The notes beneath the pieces were generated by a model. It was not told where the DNA came from, made no database searches, and saw only the letters and a program-made list of their open reading frames with translations. 64,000 nucleotides of DNA from Tubulanus polymorphus. Its lineage: Eukaryota; Animalia; Nemertea. Both the position numbers and the translations under genes were made by a program. The stretch covers positions 14,806,275 through 14,870,274 of the forward strand of contig NC_134032.1 in assembly GCF_964204645.1 (NCBI RefSeq). The letters are read 5' to 3'. This document shows positions 37,229 through 48,800 of this stretch, in pieces (the stretch's first letter is position 1; every line of letters begins with the position of its first letter).

Positions 37229-39703
37229 ATGGTTTTATTGAGTAAGTTATTTTCAAACTACCGAACATTTGAATTTATTACAATAAAGCCCGTTTAATGA
37301 ATTAAAACGAATTCAAGTTCGAATTTTCCCGATGAATCATCGATTCTGGGTTCGAATCCCGAATATTGTAAATATTTATTTTTGAATGTTTATTTTGTAG
37401 CTGTTGACGTTATTTCGTTGGTGTCTATCGTTCGCCAGGCAAATCTACACGATATCAAATACGTTAGATTTGGTAAGGGTTTCGGTCAATTTTTTTATTT
37501 CAATTTTAATTTAAGTCTGTTCTGAATCGACTGAGACTGAGTGAGTCGGACAATGATTGAAGAAATCAATGATGTTGTTTTTTCAGAATACGCTAATGAA
37601 AAGTTGATTCACGATTTGAAAAAAGACGAAACTTATTTAGATGAAGTTGTTAAATTTGCTGAGGACGCCACCTGGCAACACTGGGCCGAATTACGACAAT
37701 CGGATCAGGGTAAGTTGATTTTACTTCTGGACATTTATTTCTTCATATTTTTCAAAAATTTTAAACCAGGCCCCACTTTTCTTTATTTGACCTTGACCCC
37801 TCGTTGTTTTCCAGTGTCCGAAGACCCCAAAGTCGATTCTCAAACCGGATCCGCATCCGACGTCGCTGTGGAAACCGTAACCGATAACGAGACAACAATG
37901 GTTACCGGTAAATCTCCGATTAAAATGGAACACGTCGTGGAACCGACGAATGAGGATATTACCACGGCGACTAGCGAGGTGATTATCGAGTATCCGCCCG
38001 ATCACAACAATATGGAGGTCGACGACGACGGTGAACTGGTCGATGACGCGGTCGATGACGCGGTCGACGACGCCGTCGACGATGAGGTCAAGAGAAAAGC
38101 GGCGAACGTCCTGAAATATCTCGGACAAATCGATGAAAATTTGAAACAAGAAGCGCCGGACTCGGAGGAGGAGGAAGGAGAGGATGGCGAGGAGGAAACC
38201 GGTCGATCATTAGAGGACGTCAGTCGAGTTATCGACCGATTGAAGTTATTCGAGTGCGAAATCTGCGGCGATACGTTCCTCACCGAGGACGGATTATTCA
38301 GCCATTGTCGCGCGGGAGGTTGCGAGGATCGAGACGACTCTAAACCGTACTCATGTCACAAGTGCGACCGTCGATTCATCAGTAAATCATCGCTCGGGAA
38401 ACACCTGCGCATGAATCGCTGTCCGAACTCCGAGGAGTACAGTACTCGGCGTAAAACGAAGAAATGGTACAACCTGAGCTCGGATATCGTCGAGGCGATG
38501 CGAGCCGACGGCAACAATGAGAATAACGAGGCCGTTAAACTAGAAACCGGACAGGTGAAGATCCTAACCGATAATACGTGTCGTCTGTGCGGGAAAGTGT
38601 TCTCGTCGCGGTGCGCCGTTCAAAAACACCTGCGCATGTTCCGCTGTAAGAAGATCAAAGCTATGAAACCGTTCGAGCAAAACGAAGAGGAAAGATCGTT
38701 CTGGTTAGAGGATAACGACGATGAATCCGACGAGAACGACGAGGCAGACGGCGTGAAACGCGTACAGTGCGGATTCTGCGAGGGAATCTACCCGACGATG
38801 CGTAAACTGAAGCAACACGTCCGATTCGATTGTCCGAAGGCGCCGAAATTCAAACCGAACGTCGACGTCGTCGAGAAGGTGAAAACTCCGTGCGATTTGT
38901 GCGGTAAAATTCTCAGCTCGCAGCGTAGCCTAGCGACGCACGTTCTGCGCACGCACAGTCGCAATCCGAAACCGTACACGTGCGACACCTGCTCGAAGGG
39001 TTTCCTAACTCGCGCGCATCTCAAACGTCACATGGTCGTACACGGCGCCGAGCGGGAATACCCGTGTTCGTTTTGCGGTAAACGTTTCGCCGAACAGTCG
39101 GGCAGACGTAAACACGAACGTCTGCACACTGGCGACCTGCCGTATCTGTGCATGACGTGCGGTAAACGATACAACGATATCGGCAGCTATAATCGATGCC
39201 TAGCGCGACACGAGGGCAGCATCGAGATGTACCCGTGCGATTTCTGCGATAAGATCCTCACGTCGAAGGGCAACAAGAAAAAACACGTCGATCACGTGCA
39301 CCTGCATCTGAAGTTGTACTCGTGTTCGACGTGCGGGAATTCGTTCGCTTCGAAGCAGACGCTGAATTCGCACGTGCGCAGTATTCACACGCTCGAACGC
39401 GAACATGCGTGCGATCTGTGTCCGAAATCATACGTCACGCGCTGGCAGCTGCAGCAGCACGTGCGCGTCGTCCATATCGGCGAACGCTACCAGTGCGCGC
39501 ACTGCGAGAAACTCTACACGAATAAACAGAAACTTTACAGTCACCTGCGTAAGGTACACGCGGTCGAACCGCTCGAGATCGGCGAGTTGGAGGACGGCGA
39601 ACAGGACGAGCTGACCGAGGAACCAGTCGCCGAGGAGCAAGTCAGAGTCGCAGCGGAACAACAGCTTATTATAGAACAGACCGTCGAATCGAAAGATGAT
39701 TAA
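37229..39703 (+). CDS. Multi-zinc-finger protein 1 (4 C2HC + 8 C2H2-type fingers) with uncharacterised N-terminal module
   Basis: Exons 37229-37241, 37401-37472, 37587-37709, 37815-39703 (all phase 1, GT-AG). Tandem CxxC..HxxxH fingers with a HTGDLPY linker. The first exons were inferred from splice signals and homology with the second ZNF gene. Confidence 0.88.
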
Positions 39704-39865
39704 ATCAGTTTAAGAATCGTCTATAATTAAACGAGATGATGATGATGATTCTGAATTTATTTATTTCCCTGCGAGGAAAATCAGGGAACCGCCGACCCAC
39801 TTCTTGGTAATCAGGAAGCATACGGGGGATTTTGGATTCCCTGGATCTGTAATAACCGTGTTAAA

Positions 39866-39913
<48 letters not shown>

Positions 39914-41344
39914 CTGTAGATTTGTATATAGCTTCAACAAAAGGAGAGGTTTTGTTCGATAAAGAGAATTATATTTTTTCCATAGATTCGCAATTTCTTC
40001 ATCAACAAGTTTGTAATATTTGAAAAATGTCGCGATGTTGCAATGTTACCGATATTTATTCGATACTTTGTATATATTGATTAAAACTAATATGTTATAT
40101 CTGAACTATGTATTTTAACAATGGGTTTATTATAATGTCTTGATATTTTGTGTGTAAACGATTGTGTACATATGTACATTGTACATAGGATCTTAGTGGT
40201 GGAAGGAAACTATATCTATGAATGCTGGTGAACTCGTTTATTTTACCAGATTTCATTGTCCGAACGCAATTTCATCACGTTTACTGGTTAGAATTTCATT
40301 TGATGCTAGCAGAGCTGTCAACTATTCCTGATCATCAGTATTTGTGTAACACTGACTCTTTCATAACAAGAAATACTGATTTGATGTTTGATATGTACAA
40401 AAATATGCGATATGTTACTGAGGGTCTTACTGTTGATTACTGATTAATTTGAACAGAAATATGAAAGATGTTATTGAGGGTCTCAATGTTGATTACTGAT
40501 TAATTACTGGTTTTCTTTCACTCAAAAAATTAGATTTGTTACTGATAAGAGTTTTTCAGAGGTTGACAGTCCAGTTGCTCAGAGTTGGTTCGTGAAAGTT
40601 GAAATAGTGCTAATTGAAATTTCATTGTTACTATGGTATTCATCTGCCGGTTTTCATTAACCAACTTCTGAGCTACTGACCCCTGTACTAGTGTTAAAGG
40701 GCGTGAACTAATTCTAACTGACTGTAAATTTTATTTAATTAACCGCGCGACTGTACTCCAGGGGCCAGTTGCACCGTTGTGGTCTTAAATCTTGAATTGT
40801 TAAATTGGCTATAGAACTAAGTTGGTCTTGGACTGGTCTCAAGTCTAAGCCATGACTAAGCAACCGACCTCAGCTGTTTAACCAGCACTGACCTTACCGA
40901 AGTTATCATCCCAACTATGCATGACTTCAACTCGAGTTTCACTATATGTATTTTCTTATCACATTTTTTTGCGAGTTCAAATTGTTGGTTGTTTTATTGG
41001 AATCTTTCACTAGAAACTGAAGAAATCGCGTTGTGTGGGTTTTTTTTCACGTGTATATTTCTAATACAGTAAAACTTACTTCGTTCTTGTTTTTCAATCC
41101 GGATTTTCATTTAATTCCGATTGAATATTTGCTCCATTTTCGTGGAACCCTTTAATCTATTATTCATAATTCGGATTTTACTAAATTTGTAGAAATCTGG
41201 GCGCGGTCCTAGTGATCTGAATTACAGTGAGTTCTACTGCATTATTCTGCAAATTGAACCAATAAAATATTCAATATTATTCAATTGTGAATTTATATTT
41301 TCTTTAATTTTTCAAGGATTTTTATATTCAATCGTTTTCTTCAA

Positions 41345-44300
41345 GTGGTCCTGATGCTGAATAGAGGATGTACAGGGGTGTCCCGGGTTCAAACCCTCCT
41401 GATGCTGAATAGAGGATGTACAGGGGTTCCCGGGTTCGAACCCAGTAATTACTGATAATGATTCGGAGTGGTCCTGATGCTGGATAGAGGATGTACAGGG
41501 GTGTCCCAGGTCCAAACCCAGTTATTACTGACACTGATTCATAGTGGTCCTGATGCTGGATAGAGGATGTACAGGAGTGTCCCAGGTTCGAACCCGGCAA
41601 TTACTGACACTGATTGAGAGTGGTACTGATTGAGAGTGGTACTGATGCTGAATAGAGGATGTACAGGAGCGTCCCAGGTTCAAACCCAGTTATTACTGAC
41701 AACGATTCGGAGTAGTCCTGGTGCTGAATAGAAGATGTACAGGGGTGTCCCAGGTTTGAACCCAGTTCCGGTAATTACTGATACTGATTCAGAGTGGTCC
41801 TGATTATCTACTCAGCATCAGGACCACTCTGAATCACATATCAATATTTTACCGTACGGTGCTGCCACTATGCTCATTGTTAGCGGGATTTTCATACACT
41901 ACTTACAGTCAACTCCGGCAAGTTAGGGTTAATGGCGGCAACTCGATTGCCAGAGTTGACTTACGTTAGTGTATGAAAATTCCGCCAACGATGAGCGTAG
42001 CGGCAGCACTGTACGATAAAATGTTGATATCTTAATAAAATTGATACTCTATTCAGAGTGGTCCTGATGCTGAATAGAGGATGTACAGGGATGTCCTAGG
42101 TTCGAACCCAGTAATTACTGATACTGATTCAGAGTGGTGCTGATGCTGAATAGACGATGTACGGGGTCCCGGGATGAACCCAGTAACTACACTGATACTG
42201 AATGGTCCTGATGATGAAAAGGGCGTCCCTTGTTCGAACATGGTAATTACTGACAGTGATTTAGAATGGTCCTGATGCTGAATAGAGGATGTACATCTTC
42301 TATTCAGCATCAGGACGGCACGCGTGATCTAGTATTTTTGTTATCAATATTTTACCGTACGGTGCTGCTGCTATGCTCATTGTTAGCGGGATTTTCATAC
42401 ACTAACGAAAGTTAACTCTGGCAAGCTAGAGTTAATGGCGCAGCAACTCGATTGCCAGAGTTGACTTACGTTAGTGTATGAAAATTCCGCTAACGATGAG
42501 CATAGCGGCAGCACTGTACGGTAAAATGTTGATATCTTAAATTGATGACTACTGAGCATTCAGCATCAGGATCAGTAATTACCAGTACTGGGTTCGAACC
42601 CGGGACACCCCTGTACATCCTCTATTCAGCATCAGGACCACCTGAATTAGTATCAGAAATCACTTTTGTTAAGATATCAATATTCCACCGTACGGCGTTT
42701 GCTGGATGCAGATTTGTCCTAATTCCGAATCAGAGGATGTACAGAGGTATCCCGGGTTCGAACCCAGTAATTACTGACACTCATGAAATAGAAGTGATGC
42801 CACACGAATACGAATACGAATACGAATACGAATACGAATACGAATACGAATATTTATTACACTCCAACCATTCCCATGGTATATGGAGGAAAAAAAACAG
42901 TATTTACAATTATTTACAAAAACAGTAGATAAAAGCACTTTGAAACATAACAAACGTTATTTACAACATACTATTTACACACACTAACGGATGGATCTAT
43001 ATACATCTAGACCTAATTTGATAAATTTAGCAAGTCTAAGAATTGAATTTTTTTACATCAAGATTCCGAAAGGTATTTGAATTTAGGTAGCTTTCACGGA
43101 ATACGGTAAGTGAAAATGAAATGTATTATGCTGGTAAAATTTACTATAATTTATTATTTACTATATTAAATTTTTTTGTTGAAAATCGATGACTCTGCCC
43201 GTAAATATAATGTATATGTATTATAGCGATGATTATAAGTAAAATAAAATCTAATCTAAATCTAATCTAGTTCGTCGCCTAAAGTGTTACTAAGGTGGGT
43301 CATAATCTATCGGTCTCGGTAGATGGAGATTTGACAATTTATTTACAGGTAAGAGGTAAGACCCAATCCTGAACTGGAATAAACTGGTCACTAAGTCGTC
43401 ATCAAGCCGATTTATATAGTTTTCAAATTTGATATCCTTCTTATATTGTCTAAAATTAATGTATAATGAGTTATTATTTAGGCTAAATCTGTCTCTTGCA
43501 CATGCTGATCACGGAGTATACGGTGTAATTGTTTTGGAGAAGTCCTAGAGTTTACCATAGATTGTTGTGTCCAGATATACGAAAGGCCACAGTCATCAAA
43601 AGTCTTCTTAATAAATAACAGCCAGGGGCTCTTAAACCTATCATTCAGATATAAATTATAAGATATCTTATAGAGAATTGAACTAAGTTTTACTTTGTTT
43701 GCACTCAATCGTTTTGACCCAAAAATTAATCATTCTACGCTTTACGCTTATATACATAGGATAACGTCCTAACTCCGCTAATACTTGAAGGTTATGGGAA
43801 TATTTTGTAAATTTCATGATAATTTTATAAAATAAACAGTGGAGGTTTTCTAATAAGTCAAGGTTTTCATATCCCCAGATTTTTGGTGCTGCCGCTATGC
43901 TCAACATAAGCGGATTTTTCATACACTAACGTGAATTGTCTCTACTGCCAGAGTCAGTTCGTGTTAGTTTATGCAAAATCCGCTAATGTCGATCATAGCG
44001 GCAGCACCGTACAGCATAATTCACTGACATCAGTGGTCCTTGTGCTTTGTGGAGAAGGAAGGATGTCCCGGGTTCGAACCTGGTAATTACTGATACTGAT
44101 TCAGAGTAGTCCTGACGCTCTAATAGAGGATGTACAGGGGTGTCCCGGGTTCAAACCCAGTTATTACTGATACCGATTCAGAGTGGTACTGATGCTGAAT
44201 AGAGGATGTACATGGGTGCCCCAAGTTCGAACCAAGTTATTACTGACACTGATTCAGAGTGGTCTTGATGCTGAATAGAGGATGTACAGGATGTCCCGGG

Positions 44301-44560
44301 TTCGAACCTGGTAATTACTGATACTGATTCAGAGTGGTCCTGATGCTGAATAGAGGATGTACAGGGGTGTCCCGGGTTCAAACCCAGTAATTACTGACAC
44401 TGATTCAGAGTGGTCCTGATGCTGAATAGAGGATGTACTGATATTGTGCTATGCTCAACATTAGCGGATTTTTCGCACACTAACACGAATCGTCTCTGGC
44501 AACCGAGGAGAGTCTACTGCCAGAGTCAGTTCGTGTTAGTTTATGCAAAATCCGAGCATA
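41345..44560. repeat. Second composite array of ~76-bp B-box units and hairpins, interrupted by a LINE
   Basis: Same unit and hairpin as 19855-22507; hairpins at ~41838-42035 and 42342-42540; variant hairpins at 43884-44012 and 44447-44560. Confidence 0.9.
42805..43881 (-). mobile_element. 5'-truncated, degraded non-LTR retrotransposon (ORF2 C-terminus and 3' tail)
   Basis: Frameshifted peptides IWGYENLDLLENLH..ELGRYPMYISVKRRMINFW, KSPWLLFIKKTFDDCGLSYIW and LRLAKFIKLGL are typical of LINE ORF2 C-termini. AATAAA is followed by a (TATTCG)n tail at 42805-42851. Confidence 0.8.
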
Positions 44561-44738
44561 GTCAATCTTAAGAATAGGCTGAACATAGCATCAAAACCAC
44601 TGACTGGTGAACTGATTAAGTTCAGAGTAGGTAATTAACTAAACAAAAAGTTTTTCAAACAATTATATTTACTCTCATACAACAATTATACAAAATGCCA
44701 GGTTTGTGGTAAGCTTTTTATAATCGGATGGGCTTACG

Positions 44739-44867
44739 CACAGGGGCTTGTCACAATTTGATAATGAATGGATGATACCAGTATCCCTGTATAAAAAAGA
44801 ACTTTCTTTTTTTATACAGGGATACTGGTATCATCCATTCATTATCAAATTTTGAAAAGCCCCTGTG
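44739..44867. mobile_element. Palindromic hAT MITE with 8-bp TSD
   Basis: ggcttacg|cacaggggc...gcccctgtg|ggcttacg. Confidence 0.9.
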
Positions 44868-45839
44868 GGCTTACGTTGTTTGTGAAAATATCCGATCGTG
44901 AAACTAAACCACAGACAGGTTACTGACTAAGATGTTCCCTGCTGTTATCATACGAAACCGAGAAAATTCAAAATGTTAAGAGCAAACAAAAGAATAGAAA
45001 AGAGATTCAAAAGTCTAAAAGCGTAATTAACATTCGCAGATCTAATCATCTAGTGAACTCTGTAGAGCAGCTTAAGCATCTTATGATCAGAGTTTTGTTT
45101 AATTGATTGATGATCATGATCATTAATTCCCCGACCCTCATAATACTGACCCGCTGTATTTTTGATATCTTTAGCGCATTCAGCGCTTATTATATAATGA
45201 ATATTCGCAGATCTAATCATCTTATTTTAAGCCACAAATGATGTTGATATCTTAACAAAATCGGTTACTGACAACCGATTCAGAGTGGTCCCGATGTTGA
45301 ATAGAGGATAGATTTTCAAACCAGTAGAGTTACCATATCAAGGATTGAAATATACTGAATTTAACCCGGTATGAGAAAATTCCAGTCAAGAAACACAAAA
45401 TAACACATAGACAATGATTAAAACACAGTACCACTTTATGACTTTATTTTACCACATTTTAAAATGACAAGTATTTCACAAACTGAGTTTTAAATCTGAT
45501 TAAAATATTTCAAGTCCTGGATCCAGTTTTACAGTTAACAGCTACAGACATATTCTGAGGTTTTTGGGCTCGGAGCCCGGTTTTATATCGACTGATTTCA
45601 ACTTCAACAAAGAGGTTGTAACTTAATTACCCCTGATTAATCGTCAATTGAATTCTCGTCGCCGGGTTCAAGAATTCCAGTTTATAAAACCGGCACCAGG
45701 GGTCAGGATTCGACCGGAACTGCGAAACGTTGATGATGATTTACACGACGAAATGAGTCGACGATATTTACACATAGTTCACTCGAACGAGTATAGATGG
45801 CGTATTATACAACACTGATACACGATTGGATGATAGTTT

Positions 45840-48800
45840 TTAGAATATGTCCATATCGTCCGGAGCGTCAAGGTCGCGATATTCGATTATCTGACGCGGA
45901 TCTTGTTGACGTCTGCAAAAGAAAACGGAAAAAAAAAAAATTAATTCGATTTTTCGACCGACCGATGTTCGGATTTCTCTCAATAGATGGCGCCGTTACT
46001 GACCTCGAACCTCTCATGTGAGGATATGTTTGTCCTCGTCTGTGCATTTTATCTCGACCACCGAACGGTTCCCGGTCGAATCCACCTCCAAATGATTGAC
46101 CTCCTCGACTCGTAGCTGAAATCACAAACATTTTAAAATCAATTATTATAGATTCATTTCACAACTTTTGGAACCGCGCAGTTTTTGTGAAAATCCAACA
46201 AAGGAAACAAATTCAACACTACAAGTCTAGTAAATGGTCCTAAATATTTGATTAGATCATGTCGTCTTAAGTCATTCGGCGGACGCGCATTTGAGACATT
46301 TGCATCTACAGTGTGGAACCTCTCCGTGATATTGACTCTCTGCCAGCATTCAAAGCACAGCTCAAGACATTTCTGTTCAAGTCACCATCTTCGTCTGGAG
46401 AGCGCCTTTGATAATAGCCCTGCTATTTACAAGGTGCTATAGAAATTTACAATCCTATCCTATCCTATTAGTCATATGTAAGTTAAACCTTTTAACTTTA
46501 GTTGATGACTTATCCACGTGACTTACAGTTAGCGAATAGAATTGGGAATAGAAATTAGGACTAGAAATGATGACTAGATGACTAGGAGAAATGATATCAG
46601 TTATGTGACGACTTTATCCGAATTATGACTTAAACTTATTAAATTGAATTAGAAATACAAATTGAGACTCAAAAATAGACATGACTTCACTTATGTGACG
46701 ACTTTATCCAAATGACGACTTACACTTAGTGAATTGAATAAGAAATACAAATTGGGACTCAAAAATAGACACGACTTCAGTAATGTGACGACTTAAAGTT
46801 TGACAGCACGACTTATGCAGTATTTCCGGCTTATAACGTGCTTCTGACTGGGTTTAAGTGTAGCAGTATTAATAAAGAGATACCTTGTTTTCTGAACGTA
46901 CGCAGTCCTCCTCCGGCTCCTTGCATCGAGCGTTGATTATACCCGCCTCCGGCGGACGGAGGACTCGATTGTTGCGCCGGTTGTTCTCGCGGTTCTTTCT
47001 TTACCGTGTTGCCGGGATGTTCGGGCAATAGAGGGCGCTTCGGATCGAATAGATAGTTGTTGAAAAATGTCACCTGTAAAAATTAACCGATACCATGCCA
47101 TGCCGGATCACCGTATATAATAGGTATTCTGAAAGCATGCTATGCCGGTCGACCGTACTCACCACTTGTTTAACCTCCTCTATTTTCTCGCCGTGTTTGT
47201 TGAAGATGTGTTTCCGCACAAAGTCGGGACCTTTGAATTTTTTGCCGCTCAAAGGACACAGCCATTTGTCTTTAGCCATTTCCTGTGTGTTCGCTGTTAC
47301 GAACTTTTCGACTTCAGTGAGAAATACAGTTAAACGAAATAACACACGCGTACATGCTTTTTTTTTCACATGAAACCACTGAAAAACTACTTATAACCTG
47401 AAACCTGAAATGAGTAATTTGATGATGTCATAGGGGAATTAATGGAGGCAGACATATTTTCTGGAAGTGTTTACATTATAATTTCACTGATAGGTAAATT
47501 GATGATGTCATATGGGGATTTCATGAAGACAGCCATCTTTCTAGAATTCAAAATCAACAATTTGATGATGTCATAGGGGGATTTCATGAAGACAGCCATC
47601 TTCCTAGAATTCAAAATCAACAATTTGATGATGCATTGGGGTATTTATGGAGGTAGACATCTTTCCTGGAAGTGCACATTAATCAAATCACTAATAGGTA
47701 ATTTGATGACATCATAGGGGGATTTCATGACGACCGCCATCTTTCTAGAATTCAAAATCAACAATTTGATGATGTCATAGGGGGATTTCATGAAGACAGC
47801 CATCTTTCAAGAATTCAAAATCAACAATTTGATGATGCATTGGGGTATTTATGGAGGTAGACATCTTTCCTGGAAGTGCACATTAATCAAATCACTAATA
47901 GGTAATTTGATGACATCATAGGGGGATTTCATGACGACCGCCATCTTTCTAGAATTCAAAATCAACAATTTGATGATGTCATAGGGGGATTTCATGAAGA
48001 CAGCCATCTTTCTAGAATTCAAAATCAACAATTTGATGATGTCATAGGGGGATTTATGGAGGTAGACATCTTTCCTGGAAGTGCACATTAATCAAATCAC
48101 TAATAGGTAATTTGATGACATCATAGGGGGATTTCATGAAGACAGCCATCTTTCTAGAATTTAAAATCAGTTAATCAACAATTTGATAATGTCATAGGTG
48201 GAATGAGAGGTATTTAAGATGATAAGTAAAAGGATATGCCTCGATATCTTTCAGCCCTAGTTTCAGAGCCTCTGCCGTATCTAGTTTATCTTTGTAATTC
48301 ACAAACGTATCGATCTTGTTGCTGAACGTGTTCAGATATTCATTTACTACAAAAATACAAAATACAATTTCAAAATACTGACAAAATCACGCGGGAAAAA
48401 GTTTCAAGTTAAAACAAGTCTATGAAACCAGAATTAAAACGAACACCAGCAAGAATAAAGTTAAAACTGGAGCCAGTTACTCGAAAGTTGGTTGGTTAGA
48501 GTTAAACCAGCAGATAAATACCATTTCATATACTGTGTCAAATGCATTTGGATTGTTATCGTGTCCATCGGTTAACTTACTTTAGAGCAACCAGCTCCTG
48601 GGGCCAGTTGCATAGTCATGGCTTAGATTTAAGACTTGTCTAAGACCAACTTAGTTCTATAGCGAATCTAACAATTTAAGACCAGTGTTAAGATTTAAGA
48701 CCACTTTTGGACTTAAGTCAAGACTGTGCAACTGGGCCCTAGGATCCGTAATCAAGACTTAAGTCCAAAAGTGGTCTTAAATCTTAAGACTGATATCTTA

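Noticed and set aside
37541-37586. ORF-track start for ZNF1 (and 61744 for ZNF2, 7054 for OATP)
   Set aside because: These are non-ATG starts in intronic or UTR sequence; spliced upstream exons or a downstream ATG explain the genes better.
41915-41945. TAACCCTAAC in a hairpin loop as a telomerase RNA template
   Set aside because: It lies in a multicopy palindromic element, the motif varies among copies (taaccctag, taacactaa, taactctag), and no pseudoknot or other TR features are evident.
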